DNA from: Mobula hypostoma
Taxonomy: Eukaryota
Assembly (NCBI RefSeq): GCF_963921235.1
Contig: NC_086097.1
Coordinates: 251,040,001 to 251,104,000 of the forward strand
Length of the DNA: 64,000 nucleotides
Direction: 5' to 3'
Position numbers and translations under genes: made by a program. Of the stretch, positions 63,041 through 64,000 are shown one piece after another (the first letter of the stretch is position 1; each line of letters opens with the position of its first letter). The notes below the pieces were generated by a model that was given only the letters and a program-made list of their open reading frames with translations, ran no database searches and had not been told where the DNA came from.

Positions 63041-64000
63041 TGTGCAACAGACACAAAATGCTGGAAGAACTCAGCACAGCTGGCCTGCCGAGTTCCTCCA
63101 GCATTTTGCACATGTTGCTTGGATTTGCAGTATCTGCAGATTTTCTTGTTTGCGATTGAATGATGTGCGATCCAACTATTCAGAAATCCTCCTGGTTTGA
63201 TATCCAGTTGACGTTTGCCCAGCTCCTCTTAAACCTGCTTCAAGTCTAGTTACTGTGTTCTGTTAAATTCACTGGGGCCCCAGTTACCACAATCCCTTTA
63301 AACTTACCAGATCAAAGGCAAAGTCGAGATGATTGTCATATGCACAAGTACATGAATGCGCAGCTGTGATGTAAAAACTTACTTGTAGCAGCATTGCAGG
63401 AACATAGCATCATGTACAGCATTTACAAGAAAAACAAAAACATAAATTGTACACATTTGTTTTCAAGAACACAATTAGAACAAAAGAGTCCATTTTATTG
63501 CAAGGTGGTCATCGGGCTGTTAAACTGTATTGATTAGGGTTTTGCCTTTTTTAATATCCCGTGTAATATTTCTTAAAGTGAATTAGAGATGTGTTCAGTG
63601 CTATCCAGTTGTTAAATTCAAAAGTTTAAGTAAATTTATTGTAAAAGTGATTTTATGTCACCATATATATTGCTTTGAGATTTATTTTCTTGCAGGCATT
63701 TACAAAGAAATAAAAAATACAATATAATTAATGAAAAACTCTACATAAACGAAGACTAACAATCAATGTGCAAAAGAAAATTCTGCAAACAAAAATAATA
63801 CTGACACATGAGTCCTTCAAAGTGCATGTGTAGGTTGTATAATCAATTCAGACGAGTGGTAAGTGAAATGATCCATGTTTCTCCAGGACACCCAGCAGTT
63901 TGGCACCGAAAATCCTGCTTTAACTCTAATGTCATCTTGTTACAGGTTCCGGCCCAAAACAACATCTGTCCACATCCCCACAGATGCTGGCTGGCCCAGT

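Noticed and set aside
1..64000. Numerous short ORFs in the six-frame track
   Set aside because: Nearly all are sense fragments or antisense shadows of CR1, Rex, RTE or Penelope sequences.

Overview
This is vertebrate nuclear DNA, not prokaryotic. The dense CR1, Rex1/Babar, RTE and Penelope landscape suggests a cartilaginous fish (inference). Most of the window is nested transposable-element debris. The host genes are on the minus strand. One is the 5' end of RAD54B: a promoter-like region at about 53.3-54.25 kb, a first coding exon starting MRRSAAPSQL at 53564-53436, and a probable next exon at 40748-40553. The other is the complete two-exon FSBP gene (20577-20195 plus 6315-5736, 320 aa), nested in the next RAD54B intron. 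The most interesting hidden layer is non-coding. Retroelements here carry motifs of three classes of self-cleaving ribozyme: minimal type I hammerheads at Penelope termini, HDV-like folds at the 5' ends of two short RTE-derived non-autonomous families, and a 5'-truncated twister motif at the head of a short RTE/Perere-like element. The window also shows TSD-bounded 5' inversions of twin-priming geometry in RTE elements, a minisatellite born inside a LINE ORF, solo LTRs, an internally deleted Tigger and local duplications. Ribozyme-retroelement associations are known in general, so only these particular families or architectures may be new. All folds were paired by eye, and family assignments are from memory, not from database searches.
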